Source: a virus | Length of the DNA stretch: 30,325 bases | UHGV virus genome: UHGV-0061407 | Reading direction: 5' to 3' (one strand) | Shown here: in pieces, positions 1 to 9,389 of the stretch | Numbering within the stretch: the stretch's first letter is position 1 | How the letters are laid out: each line of letters begins with the position of its first letter | The notes under the pieces: generated by a model | The model's database searches: none | What the model was told of the DNA's origin: nothing | What the model saw: only the letters and a program-made list of their open reading frames with translations | Translations under genes and position numbers: made by a program

Positions 1-1148
1 TCCGCACGAATGGTGACCATGTTTTTAATAAAGTCATCTTCGTTCTCAGTGGAGAGCAGCACTTCGATATCCATGCGATCGAAGATTTGCGCAGCCATGT
101 TGAAGGCTCCAGTTAGGAAGTTGTTCTGCGCCATAGCCTGAGTTTCCACAACAGGAAGACCCCAGATACGTGGAACACCACCATTGACCGGCTGCGCAAT
201 GATGTAGCGGCCTTCGTTATCTTTGGTTAACTCGATGCCTGCCCAGTCAATAGGGTTCAGTACAAAACCAGACGCCGGATATTCTGCAAGAACGGCCTGC
301 AGAACAGCCAGGCGAAGACGGTCGATCGGCGTGGCGTTGGACAGGGTAAGCGCTGGAGCAAATTCTGTTGCCTGCGGCAGAATACCGAGGATATTCGCGC
401 CGGTGCCATCGCCGCTCAGCAACTGCTGCTCCTCTTTAAAGCGAAGACCATACTGAGCACGGCCATCGATATAACTGGCCAGACCGGGCGCATCGTCCAG
501 GATCTGACGGGACGCTTTAAAATAATGCGCAATGGTACGAACCGGCGCACTTTTCAACTCAAACTTAATGTCTGATTTTGGCTTCAGAGCACCTTCCGCC
601 ACAGCTGCAGCATTATTGGTAAACCCCGTTTCCTGAACGAATTCAATACCGTTAGATGCGGTATTACCGGGGATAAGCAGATTACGGATGGTCAGAGTGC
701 GTTCCGGCGGGGCGATAATGCCCTGAACACGATCGGAGACCACCAGACTGTTGGTTGTGCTCACGCCAGTGCCCGTAGTCGCCGGCTCGTTCATAATATC
801 TTTCTGTTCCAGCTTAACGCGGATGCTCTTACGGGCCGAACTGTCCATGCCTTTGAACTCTTCACTTTCGACCACCAGCTCACCGAGCGATTTTCGCTGT
901 GCAGGTGCATCGTTCGGGCGGCGTGCACTTTTTTGCTCCAGCTCAGTGAGACGTTCTTTCAGCTCGTTCATCTGATTAATGCTTTCGTCCGTTCTTTGTT
1001 TCAGTTCCAGCGAAACGGTTTCTCCTGCCTCCATTTTTCTCTTCACGTCTTCGCCGAAGTTTTTGACCTGATCAATCACCATGGTGAGCTGGGAGGAGAT
1101 TTCGCCAATACTTTGTGGCTGATCGTCAGCCGATTTTTTCTGGTACAT
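1..1148 (-). CDS. Major capsid protein, HK97-fold family (partial; C-terminus runs off left edge of window)
   Basis: Minus-strand frame open from ATG at 1148 to position 1 without stop (382 codons + 2 nt). Translation begins MYQKKSADDQPQSIGEISSQLTMVIDQVKNFGEDVKRKMEAGETVSLELKQ (coiled-coil delta/scaffold-like N-terminus) then capsid-like body; follows prohead protease and portal in canonical HK97 order. Absent from the ORF track only because the stop lies outside the window. Confidence 0.85.
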   Translation of the reverse strand, partial: MYQKKSADDQPQSIGEISSQLTMVIDQVKNFGEDVKRKMEAGETVSLELKQRTDESINQMNELKERLTELEQKSARRPNDAPAQRKSLGELVVESEEFKGMDSSARKSIRVKLEQKDIMNEPATTGTGVSTTNSLVVSDRVQGIIAPPERTLTIRNLLIPGNTASNGIEFVQETGFTNNAAAVAEGALKPKSDIKFELKSAPVRTIAHYFKASRQILDDAPGLASYIDGRAQYGLRFKEEQQLLSGDGTGANILGILPQATEFAPALTLSNATPIDRLRLAVLQAVLAEYPASGFVLNPIDWAGIELTKDNEGRYIIAQPVNGGVPRIWGLPVVETQAMAQNNFLTGAFNMAAQIFDRMDIEVLLSTENEDDFIKNMVTIRA

Positions 1149-1157
1149 ATAAATCCC

Positions 1158-1865
1158 TTAGAGAATTTTTGGGAGAGAAAACTGGCTCAGTTGCTGGCGC
1201 ATCGCCGCAATAGCCGCTTTGGTTTCGCCGTCTTCGCCCCCGGACTCACTCCGGTCAAGCAGATAGGACAGTCCGCGGGAGGCGACCGCGGCGGACTGAC
1301 TTTTCGAGAAACCTGCCTCTCGCAGGAACTTCTCAAATTCAGGTAAGGAAGGAAGATCACCGTGTGACAGCTTCGACTTAATGACGTCAATACGCGCATC
1401 ATCATTGGCCGGCACGGTAACAATGGAGATTTCAACCAGGTCGAGCTTCGTTAAGGTGCGGATCCGGGTTTTCTCATCGTAATTTGACTCACGGACGTAA
1501 TAGCCAATGGAAAGGCCTGTAATGGCACGGGTTTTCATGCCCCGCCAGGCGGTTTTCGCGTAGGCCGCGTCTTCAAGCCACAGGGCCCCTTCACCAAAAA
1601 GCCCATGTTTATCTTCTTTCAGGGTCGAGATGTCCCAGTTCCCGATGGGTTCGCCGGTGCGATGCTGCCAGAGAACCGGGAACGTTCTCCCCTTCGCCCG
1701 TGTTTCCTCGATGCTTTCGAGGAACGCACCCGGCGCCACGACTTCGTTGTAACTATCGACAACATCGAAGACAGAACCGTATCCAGAAAAAAGGCCGTCA
1801 TCGTTGACGGCCTTAATATCGAAGTTGAATGCCTTTACTTTCATGGCTGCGTTTTTCCGGTACAT
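1158..1865 (-). CDS. Prohead maturation protease, HK97 family
   Basis: 235 aa ORF between portal and capsid; sequence pattern typical of HK97-family prohead proteases; start overlaps portal stop (1841-1865). Confidence 0.85.
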   Translation of the reverse strand: MYRKNAAMKVKAFNFDIKAVNDDGLFSGYGSVFDVVDSYNEVVAPGAFLESIEETRAKGRTFPVLWQHRTGEPIGNWDISTLKEDKHGLFGEGALWLEDAAYAKTAWRGMKTRAITGLSIGYYVRESNYDEKTRIRTLTKLDLVEISIVTVPANDDARIDVIKSKLSHGDLPSLPEFEKFLREAGFSKSQSAAVASRGLSYLLDRSESGGEDGETKAAIAAMRQQLSQFSLPKIL

Positions 1866-3160
1866 TCCGGCGTCTCCTCTGATTTAATGCCAAGCCATTC
1901 CCGCAGTGCGTTTTTGGCCGATTCACTGTCGCCGGACTTGCCAAGCTGATCTATCGGCAGCAGGTTAGATTGAACGGTTAGTTGGTCAGCGCCAGGTTTT
2001 GGCTGAAGGTTTTCTTTTTGCCGTGCTTCATTGCGAGTCATCAGACCGTTCTGGGTCATCGTTGAGTAAAAAGCGGCACGGGCGGCGCTGTCGGCACGTA
2101 AGAGACCTTCGATGGAAAACTCTGCGAAGTACTTATTTCTTTCTCCCGGAGCCAGGAGGCTTTTACGAATCGCCTGCTCAATACGGGTAAGCCATGGACG
2201 AAGTGAAAACGTTAAAAAGCCAATCAGCATCTGTTCGACGCCACTTCCCCACATTGTCTGCCCCTGGGCACTGTGTCCAATCAACCCCGGCCATACTCTG
2301 AACCACCGACAAATCTCTTCGATATTGAATGCCCTGGACTGCAGCATCTGGGCGTCTTCCGGGTTGAGGTCAACTGGCTGAAACTTCATTCCCGCTTCAA
2401 GAACCATCATTTTCCCGGTATTCATAGATCCAGAAAATTGTTCAACCATGCTTTCACGTACTTCATTGCGCTGCTCTTTTTTCAGGATTTGATCCATTGA
2501 GAGAACGCCACTGGGCCGCATACCATTTTTAAAAACTTTTGCGCTGGCTTCATCTGTTGCCATTGCCAGACCAAGTGTCTGTCGGGCATAACTGACAGGT
2601 GACAGGCCCATGACACCATTGGTGCTGAACGCACGGATGTGCATGATGTCCCGTTCATTAATGTTTCGGGATGTACCTGAAGGCCAGTCACGGTAGGTAT
2701 AAATAGGATCTCCGCTGCTACTTAAATCAACCTTCATCCTTTCTGGCCTGAGCGGTACAAGCGAGGTAATACGCTTTCCGGTACGGTCGATTTCCGCGTA
2801 AGCATTCCCCCATAAAAGAAGGCTGGCCATGATCATTTCCCAGAACTCCACAGCGGTCATGTCAGCATTCGGCTGATTATGGAGGAGCTCATAAAGCGGG
2901 TGATCATTTGCACTCTGGCGACCATCAGCCGTTTTTTCGTAAAAACCTACAGGCAAAGTCGCGATGGTTTCGGATAACAGCCTTACACATGACCACACTG
3001 CCGATAACTGCAGGGCTTTATCAACCGTAACGGATTTGCCTGCTGCGGACTGCCCACCAGCATAAGCAGCCCAGAATTCACCGTCTGTAAGTGCGATGGG
3101 TACGCCGAGCCACCGGCGAACGGCGCTTTTTATCCGGCCTGGCTTCTTATCTTTATTCAT
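1841..3160 (-). CDS. Portal protein, HK97 family
   Basis: 439 aa ORF immediately downstream of terminase large subunit; size and sequence character of HK97-type portal proteins. Confidence 0.85.
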   Translation of the reverse strand: MNKDKKPGRIKSAVRRWLGVPIALTDGEFWAAYAGGQSAAGKSVTVDKALQLSAVWSCVRLLSETIATLPVGFYEKTADGRQSANDHPLYELLHNQPNADMTAVEFWEMIMASLLLWGNAYAEIDRTGKRITSLVPLRPERMKVDLSSSGDPIYTYRDWPSGTSRNINERDIMHIRAFSTNGVMGLSPVSYARQTLGLAMATDEASAKVFKNGMRPSGVLSMDQILKKEQRNEVRESMVEQFSGSMNTGKMMVLEAGMKFQPVDLNPEDAQMLQSRAFNIEEICRWFRVWPGLIGHSAQGQTMWGSGVEQMLIGFLTFSLRPWLTRIEQAIRKSLLAPGERNKYFAEFSIEGLLRADSAARAAFYSTMTQNGLMTRNEARQKENLQPKPGADQLTVQSNLLPIDQLGKSGDSESAKNALREWLGIKSEETPECTGKTQP

Positions 3161-3166
3161 GGTGAC

Positions 3167-4903
3167 TCACACAATGATGGGATTACTGAAAAAGTCGTCG
3201 ATATCGCCAGAATCATCCTCATAGCCTTCGGAGGCACCGATTGCCATAGCGCCCGCTACAATGCCGTCGATACGCCCGGTACTTTTTTTCTTGGCAAAAA
3301 TTCGGTTTTCTTTCTGATCAGCCTCCGTCACTGCTGAAGCCGCATTCCAGCGAAGACAAGGGTTCGTCCTGATGATAATGACGCTGTCATCAAGCAACTC
3401 TTCAAACAATTCGATGGAGTGAGGCATCCACAGCCCGGAATCTTTCGCTTTGTAATACCCTTGCCCATGAGGGATTAAGGGAACAGAAACAGATGCTTCC
3501 TCAAGCTCCGGCTCAAGATATTTAATGCGATACTGGTCGAAGGCGATGGCCTTGATATCAAACTTCTGAGTCAGATCTGCAATGCGCTGGGCAACAAAGC
3601 CGTATTTCACTGCTTTGCCAGGAGTGGTGTGGATGTGACCATCTCGCTCCCAGGCGTCATAAGGTACCCGGTCCGTTTTGGCCCGTTCCAGTAACGTATC
3701 TTTCGGGGTCCAGAACTCCACCAGCAACTTACGTTGTTTTGGAAAAAACAACGCCAGTGCCGTCAAATCACGCGATCCGGACAGGTCTAAACCGCCATAG
3801 CATTCCTCACCTTCCAGTTCATCTGGATCAAAGCTCTCCTCACAACCCATCCAGACATCACTGCTCATCCACGGATTAGCCGCGTCAACCCACTGACAGA
3901 AGTTAAGACGTCTGACGATGCTCTCTTTCGAAGGCATCCCGCGGGCCTGAGTCACCTGCTCACGAAGATAGCTTTCTTCAAAGGTGTGACCCAGCGAAGG
4001 GTTAGCTTTTTTCCAGCAGGACTCATCCTTGAAAGGATCGTCTCCTTCATCCAGAGAACAAATGAAGGCAAAAAAGCTGTCATCTTCTATCGAACCGGCA
4101 GAAACCTTTCGGCCGTATTCGTGATAGTCATAGCAGACGCTCGTTTTATCGTGCCCACTGTTGGTGATCATGAAAATCAGCGCCTGCCGACGACCTTTGG
4201 TACCGGCACGCATCATTTCAACAACCTGATTGCTTTTATGCTCGTGAACTTCATCAATAAGAGCACAATGCGGTCGCGGGCCGGACTGTCCGTCATCTGA
4301 ACTGATTGGACGAAAGAAGGAACCAGACTGAAGAAAAGCCAGGTTCCATTCCTTCCCGGCACCACCTGATTTCTGAATACGTGCGGAAAGAGCTGGAGAC
4401 TGATCGACCATCGCCACCGCATCACGGAAAAGGACCATTGCCTGGTCTTTCTTCGTGGCAGCGGCATAAACTTCAGCGCGTGCTTCTTTATCCGCAGTGA
4501 GACAGTAAAGCCCTATACCCGCAGACAGAGGGGATTTACCGGATCCCTTCCCGGACTCCACATAGACCATTCGGAACCGGCGAAAACCTCTGGCGTTTTT
4601 CCAGCCAAAAATCGAACCGACGATGAAGCACTGCCATGGCAGCAACACGAAAGGCTCGCCTTCGAAATCACCACCATTGAGCTTCAGAACTTTCGCAAAA
4701 TAGTCAATCGAGCGTTGCGCCGCCTCAACATCCCAGTGCAGACCACGGGCATGACATGACTGCAGATCGTTAAGGTGGCGCTGGCATGAGTTACGTATGT
4801 CAGGACCAGCCAGTTCTTTGCCCGAGGTTACATCCATCGCATATTGGGTTGCAGGATCAACCGAAGAACTTGTCGAGCGTGTCCTCTTCGGGGTCTTCGC
4901 CAT
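3167..4903 (-). CDS. terL: Terminase large subunit
   Basis: 578 aa; Walker A-like ATPase motif (VESGKGSGKS) and C-terminal nuclease-like region; alternative start at internal Met (MDVTSG, about 4837) would remove the 47-nt overlap with terS. Confidence 0.9.
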   Translation of the reverse strand: MAKTPKRTRSTSSSVDPATQYAMDVTSGKELAGPDIRNSCQRHLNDLQSCHARGLHWDVEAAQRSIDYFAKVLKLNGGDFEGEPFVLLPWQCFIVGSIFGWKNARGFRRFRMVYVESGKGSGKSPLSAGIGLYCLTADKEARAEVYAAATKKDQAMVLFRDAVAMVDQSPALSARIQKSGGAGKEWNLAFLQSGSFFRPISSDDGQSGPRPHCALIDEVHEHKSNQVVEMMRAGTKGRRQALIFMITNSGHDKTSVCYDYHEYGRKVSAGSIEDDSFFAFICSLDEGDDPFKDESCWKKANPSLGHTFEESYLREQVTQARGMPSKESIVRRLNFCQWVDAANPWMSSDVWMGCEESFDPDELEGEECYGGLDLSGSRDLTALALFFPKQRKLLVEFWTPKDTLLERAKTDRVPYDAWERDGHIHTTPGKAVKYGFVAQRIADLTQKFDIKAIAFDQYRIKYLEPELEEASVSVPLIPHGQGYYKAKDSGLWMPHSIELFEELLDDSVIIIRTNPCLRWNAASAVTEADQKENRIFAKKKSTGRIDGIVAGAMAIGASEGYEDDSGDIDDFFSNPIIV

Positions 4904-5321
4904 TCACTTTCACCTTCGTCCTTGCCGCTGGCGTCAGACCGAATTCAACCAGGTAACTTTTAAAACGGCGGTCGGCATCGGCCAACATCGAAACGGCCGG
5001 GTTAGCTTTGATAAGAAAACCACCCTCGGTCTGGACGGTATAGGTTCTTCCCTCTACTGCGATGGTGTCGCGCAACTGAAGAATATCAGCGTAAATATCG
5101 CATAGCCGTTCAAGGGCTAAGGTGTCGGCAACCGTTAAAACCCCCATCCCGTCAAGGAGAACAGTCAACCTTCCCCAGGCAACCTTTCCCCAGTCGGTCA
5201 GGTGCGCCGGCGGGCTTGGAATTTCTCGCGCCGGAGTCGGTTCTTTATCGTTGAGTTTACGTTTGCCCGGGTTGCCTGAGACCACTTTGAGGTGGGTCGG
5301 TTTCGGGCGTCGTCCTGCCAT
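4857..5321 (-). CDS. terS: Terminase small subunit (P27-like family)
   Basis: 154 aa ORF directly upstream of terL on the same strand; composition and size typical of P27-family small terminase. Confidence 0.75.
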   Translation of the reverse strand: MAGRRPKPTHLKVVSGNPGKRKLNDKEPTPAREIPSPPAHLTDWGKVAWGRLTVLLDGMGVLTVADTLALERLCDIYADILQLRDTIAVEGRTYTVQTEGGFLIKANPAVSMLADADRRFKSYLVEFGLTPAARTKVKVNGEDPEEDTLDKFFG

Positions 5322-5438
5322 CGGAACCTCCCGGAAAAAAACTTTTCATTTCGCGGTTGTGCACAAAAAGGATGGGCGGCGGTCATTTCGGGTCAGACTT
5401 CTGAACTTTTGACCCGCCCCTCCCCTATGGAATTGACG

Positions 5439-5780
5439 TCATCTGAACCAGTGAGAATTTGGATCAAGCGGAATACCGTTTTCATCGCAGCCGATAACGG
5501 TGCCGCGCTTCTCCATTCGCTGCTTCGTTGAGTCATGGTGCTGCTTACACAGCCCTTGCCAGTTCTTCCGGCTCCAGAAAAGCTTTTGCGCTTTCGCTAT
5601 TGCCTTGCTGTCACCAGAACGCAGAGCCTCTTTCAGTTTATGCGGGATGATGTGGTCAACCACCGTGGCGGCTGTCACCCTGCCTTGCTCGTGGCACATG
5701 ACGCATAAGGGGTGCGCACGAAGGAATAGAAGACGCTCACGGTCCCATTTGCTGCCATATATGCGCGGTTCTTTGTTCAT
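5439..5780 (-). CDS. HNH endonuclease (packaging-associated)
   Basis: 113 aa with Cys/His-rich HNH-like motifs (CVMCHEQGR...VDHIIPH...LCKQHHDSTKQ); position upstream of terS as in HK97-like cos phages. Confidence 0.8.
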   Translation of the reverse strand: MNKEPRIYGSKWDRERLLFLRAHPLCVMCHEQGRVTAATVVDHIIPHKLKEALRSGDSKAIAKAQKLFWSRKNWQGLCKQHHDSTKQRMEKRGTVIGCDENGIPLDPNSHWFR

Positions 5781-5834
5781 GTTTTCGTTCCTTGAGCATT
5801 ATCACAGGCACTCAGTGAATGCCTGCTGTAATGC

Positions 5835-6080
5835 CTAGCTGGACTGCTCAGCAGCGGTATCAAAGAGCGGCAGCGCTTCAGTTGCTTCCTGCACTGCTTT
5901 CATCGTCTTTGCCACCACTTCAGTCTCTGATGTGACACGGCTGTATTGCTGGATGAATAGCTGATATTTAAGCGGACTATCCTGAACAAACTCTACAGCG
6001 ACTTTAGCTGCTGCTGTGTCGTAGTTCAGGGTGGAAAGCAGGTTCAGGCGAATCTGCTGGGCGTCGGTGATTTCTGCCAT
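5835..6080 (-). CDS. Hypothetical phage protein
   Basis: 81 aa ORF, same strand as packaging genes; no recognisable motif. Confidence 0.45.
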   Translation of the reverse strand: MAEITDAQQIRLNLLSTLNYDTAAAKVAVEFVQDSPLKYQLFIQQYSRVTSETEVVAKTMKAVQEATEALPLFDTAAEQSS

Positions 6081-6183
6081 GTCTTACCTCTGTGCGATGT
6101 GGGAGGCTTTATCAAACCACTTCGGAAAGCGGCTCCGTGATGCCATTAAAAAAGCCACCCGGAGGTGGCCTTTCTGATGGCTA

Positions 6184-6215
6184 AGAAAAAGGCCGCAAAA
6201 AAATGCGGCCTTTTG
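6184..6215. terminator. Terminator-like hairpin (ggccgca-aaaaaa-tgcggcc) flanked by A/T runs on both sides
   Basis: Perfect 7-bp GC-rich stem at 6192-6198/6205-6211, T-run 6212-6215 on plus strand and T-run on minus strand (complement of 6184-6190). Confidence 0.4.
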
Positions 6216-6657
6216 TCATGCACAGTTATCGATTAAATAAACTCTCAGGAGCCATCCGGGAGAGCCTCACTTAAACGAGTAACTAACCTCCGACAGACTG
6301 GTGTTGGGACGGAGGTGCAATGAGAGTAGTGTGTTTCATTTTTTTTCATACCAGCAACCACACAATAATGGCAGTTCTTCTTGTTAATCGATAACTGCTA
6401 TTCAATTAGTCTGGCCAGACGGATGATTATCCTGCCAGGGGTCATCACACTCACACGATGAAAATCTTTAAAATAAAACATTAGCCGGTTCACTCGCCTT
6501 CGAACAGGTGCAATGGCCTTGCACTGACGAAATTAGATTTAATCGTTCGTTGCCATCTTCCGTACAAGCCAAATAGTCACAAAAAAATAAAGGTTAAAAA
6601 GTGAGCTATTTACTGTCCTGTGGTGTATGGTTAGCAATCACTCACGAGGATAAAACC

Positions 6658-6828
6658 ATGTCTATGCTCAAAGACAAGATACGTACACTCAGGCCTGTAA
6701 AAAGCACCTGTCCTCACTGCTCTCGCCAGTCAACACATAGCCTGTCGAGAATTAAAAACGATATAACATTGATCTGCCCATACTGCGGAAATATTTTCCT
6801 CCCCTCAGAAAGTAAACCTGTTAAGTAA
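6658..6828 (+). CDS. Small zinc-ribbon protein (CxxC...CxxC), moron-like
   Basis: 56 aa from ATG 6658 with GAGGA RBS 9 nt upstream (track ORF 6601..6828 starts at an upstream GTG); CPHC and CPYC pairs; only plus-strand gene in a minus-strand block; hairpin actgaagc/gcttcagt downstream (6844-6877). Confidence 0.45.
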   Translation: MSMLKDKIRTLRPVKSTCPHCSRQSTHSLSRIKNDITLICPYCGNIFLPSESKPVK

Positions 6829-7042
6829 CTGATCGAATACTTTACTGAAGCTGATGTTCACTCTTAGGCTTCAGTAATCGAAACGTTGACATGCTTCTTC
6901 TCCTGCTTCTGGCAATAAAAAAGGCCGCCATTGGCGACCTGGGTTCAAATTATGTGTGTCAGGGCATATGACACGAGTAACCGCAGTAATAGCCACCGTT
7001 GGATTGCGGGTTGACTTTCTGCATATTCTCTGCAACCTACAT

Positions 7043-7237
7043 TTAAGTATAGATCGAACCAGCAGTCCCGATTATCGCAGCAAGCAGAAAGAAGGTGACG
7101 GCAGTTCTACGCATTTGCACGCCATAAAATGACAGAGCCAACCCGACGAAAGCAACAATTAAAACTGTCCACATATCCAGTAAGAGGAAGAGATATCCCT
7201 CGAAAGCACTGTCAATCAGTACGTCCACATCGCGCAT
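7043..7237 (-). CDS. Hypothetical small membrane protein
   Basis: 64 aa, two hydrophobic segments; poor RBS spacing, so weak. Confidence 0.3.
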   Translation of the reverse strand: MRDVDVLIDSAFEGYLFLLLDMWTVLIVAFVGLALSFYGVQMRRTAVTFFLLAAIIGTAGSIYT

Positions 7238-7406
7238 TCCTTTTAATAGATAAACTCCGCTGAAATACTATCACGATAGCGTTAGCAGACTATCTGCTAA
7301 TCATCAAGCATCGACTGACTTATTTTCGGTGGATTTCTTTTCGCAAGTTGTGTTAGCAATCAGCATCAGGGCGAGCCACCGCGCGGCATGCCCACATACA
7401 GGCTTC

Positions 7407-7646
7407 CTACATTTTGGTGCGAGCGATTGCCAGACAGCGCAAAGCTTCATCAATCTCCCGAGCCTGCTCAGCACTTAACATTGCCGGGCCATTACGGACA
7501 GCCAACAATTCACCTCGCTCGGTATCAAGCAAACTACATAAGTGGCGGCTGACGCCTTTGAGGCGGTTCATGCGCTCAATCTCGCCCGCGGTTAATGTGC
7601 GGTAGCCTTTTACAGTGCTGCCGTCCTGCGGTTTTGCTTCACTCAT
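7407..7646 (-). CDS. Hypothetical protein downstream of lysis cassette
   Basis: 79 aa ORF; stop/start overlap with o-spanin (7643-7646). Confidence 0.45.
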   Translation of the reverse strand: MSEAKPQDGSTVKGYRTLTAGEIERMNRLKGVSRHLCSLLDTERGELLAVRNGPAMLSAEQAREIDEALRCLAIARTKM

Positions 7647-7873
7647 TTCGTAGCCTTTTCGGTTGGTTGCGGGCAGTTAGCCTGCACTGATTTGTTGTGC
7701 GCCAGAATGTCGCGCTTGGTCTGCTTATCTAGCACGTCAATATCGTGGTCAGTCAGGTAGATAATCCGCACCCAGTTGCAGGCGGTATCAACCACCACCG
7801 GGGTGGGTAAATCTTTCGCGCAGCTCGCGATCAACATCGTCATCGCCCATACGCTTAACGTCTTCCTGTACAT
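7643..7873 (-). CDS. Outer-membrane spanin (Rz1-like lipoprotein), overlapping frame
   Basis: From internal Met (MYRKTLSVWAMTMLIASC...) signal peptide with lipobox I-A-S-C; Cys near C-terminus; begins inside the i-spanin gene in a different frame, the classic overlapped spanin architecture. Confidence 0.55.
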   Translation of the reverse strand: MYRKTLSVWAMTMLIASCAKDLPTPVVVDTACNWVRIIYLTDHDIDVLDKQTKRDILAHNKSVQANCPQPTEKATK

Positions 7874-8063
7874 CGCTGGCCCCTTTCGTTGCATCAGCCC
7901 GGCGTTCTGCCGCGGCGACGGTAGCAGCGGCGTTTTCTTCAGTGCGCTGCTGCTCGGCTTTGGCTTCCGCCTTGCTGGTCCCGCGCGCATGGCCTAACCC
8001 AAACGCGCCAGCGATTAAGCCAAGCAGAACGACTACCAGCCCGCTGATAAATTCAAGGCTCAT
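7788..8063 (-). CDS. Inner-membrane spanin (Rz-like)
   Basis: 91 aa; N-terminal TM segment (FISGLVVVLLGLIAGAFGL) followed by charged Ala/Glu/Arg-rich periplasmic region; overlaps o-spanin start. Confidence 0.5.
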   Translation of the reverse strand: MSLEFISGLVVVLLGLIAGAFGLGHARGTSKAEAKAEQQRTEENAAATVAAAERRADATKGASDVQEDVKRMGDDDVDRELRERFTHPGGG

Positions 8064-8404
8064 TGCGCCTCCTGCTGCTCATCGGCTATTTCTTTCAGCT
8101 TTGGCTGTCTGACGTATTGAGAGAGGATGGCGAGCACCACCAGGGCCGGGCTAATCATTGCCACAATGTTTGCAGGCAGAATATCTTTGATATCCGGCGG
8201 CAGCATCGCCCAGGCATGAAGAGCTGCGTCCGGAAATGATTGGGCCCATACACCGACCAAAGCGCCGGCAGCACCCAGGCGGACAGACCATGTTTTAAGC
8301 AGCAACCGGGCATGACCAACAAACTCCAGCCGGGTATATTTGCGCACTAGCAACAGAACCAGCACGGCCACCAGCGCCAGCAGAGCGAAAATAATCATCT
8401 TCAT
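8060..8404 (-). CDS. Lysis-cassette membrane protein (two TM segments; holin/antiholin-like or accessory)
   Basis: 114 aa between endolysin and spanins; two hydrophobic helices; start overlaps endolysin stop. Confidence 0.5.
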   Translation of the reverse strand: MKMIIFALLALVAVLVLLLVRKYTRLEFVGHARLLLKTWSVRLGAAGALVGVWAQSFPDAALHAWAMLPPDIKDILPANIVAMISPALVVLAILSQYVRQPKLKEIADEQQEAQ

Positions 8405-8943
8405 AGGCTCACCCGCTCTTTAACCCAGCCGTATAGAAACGCTTCGTTAGCCGGCCTCGCTTCGGCCAACTCAAGATAGCGAGCCCCCTGGCTGCAATTC
8501 AGCGCCTTTAGCAGCGTGGCTTCGCCATCTTTGCCACGAACGGCGAGATAACTTTTCAGGGCGGCGATGGTGAGATTGCCGATCGCGCCGTCCGTCTTCA
8601 GATCCGGATATAGCTTGCCCTGCATATTCAACGCCGTTAACCAGCGCTGCAGGAATGTACTGGCGACACGTGGCCCCATGTTCACGCCAGTATCACACAA
8701 TTCCTGTGCAATGGCTGGCGACAACTCGGCGATGCAGTCAAACTTCGGTTCTGTCCAGTATTGCGACAGATAAATTGCTTTGGCTGTATCCCGTGGTAAC
8801 GCCTTCATATCGCCGCTATAGCCATATGCGCGGGCGGTAGTCTGCGTGATACCCCAGCGCGTTGGGCCGCCTTTATCATTCGGGTTATTTACGTAACCCC
8901 CTTCTTTACCGAGGATGCCCTCGATAATCTGATCTGCTGTCAT
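8401..8943 (-). CDS. Endolysin, glycoside hydrolase family 108-like with C-terminal peptidoglycan-binding region
   Basis: 180 aa; N-terminal motif EGGYVNNPNDKGGPTRWGIT characteristic of GH108 phage lysozymes; flanked by holin and spanins. Confidence 0.85.
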   Translation of the reverse strand: MTADQIIEGILGKEGGYVNNPNDKGGPTRWGITQTTARAYGYSGDMKALPRDTAKAIYLSQYWTEPKFDCIAELSPAIAQELCDTGVNMGPRVASTFLQRWLTALNMQGKLYPDLKTDGAIGNLTIAALKSYLAVRGKDGEATLLKALNCSQGARYLELAEARPANEAFLYGWVKERVSL

Positions 8944-9251
8944 GGCTCCTTAACTCCGGTAATGCGCTCCCAGAAATAGGTCAAAGCAACAGAACCCATT
9001 GCCCCGCTAATTCCGGAAGTGGCCAGTATCATGTAAATGCTCAATCCGCTTTCAATGCTCACCAGGCCAGCAATAACGCCGGTAAACCCTGAAACCACCA
9101 TTTGGGCAAGAGCATTGATCAAGCTCCATGTTGCCTTGCTCTGCTTCACATCTATCAGGTAGCGGACAAGTCCACCCCAGCAAGCAATGATCAGCAGAAC
9201 CAGCCAGGACATCCCGGCAATGCTCTCTTTGTCTTGCATACGTTTAGCCAT
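8940..9251 (-). CDS. Holin (putative, 3 TM segments)
   Basis: 103 aa hydrophobic protein immediately upstream of endolysin with 4-nt overlap; GGAGG RBS upstream of ATG. Confidence 0.6.
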   Translation of the reverse strand: MAKRMQDKESIAGMSWLVLLIIACWGGLVRYLIDVKQSKATWSLINALAQMVVSGFTGVIAGLVSIESGLSIYMILATSGISGAMGSVALTYFWERITGVKEP

Positions 9252-9365
9252 AGTTACCGCCTCCGATGAAAGATCGGGAAGCTGTGTGTTTGAAAGGGGT
9301 CAGGCCCGTCAGGCTGGATTTAACAACGAAGCGTGTCGATGATGATTCCTGCGGGACCTGATAAT

Positions 9366-9389
9366 AAAAAAGCCATGCAAATGCATGGC
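9366..9389 (-). terminator. Intrinsic terminator (minus strand): gccatgca-aa-tgcatggc followed by U-run
   Basis: Perfect 8-bp stem 9372-9379/9382-9389; plus-strand A-run 9366-9371 gives a T-run on the minus strand. Confidence 0.45.

Noticed and set aside
223-1346. Plus-strand ORFs 223..456, 751..975 and 933..1346
   Set aside because: They lie antisense to the minus-strand major capsid and protease genes and have low-complexity translations; treated as shadow ORFs.
6900-6950. tRNA-like T-arm motif (gggttcaaat) near 6935
   Set aside because: No complementary strand to close a T-stem and no acceptor or anticodon arms; not a tRNA, at most a remnant.
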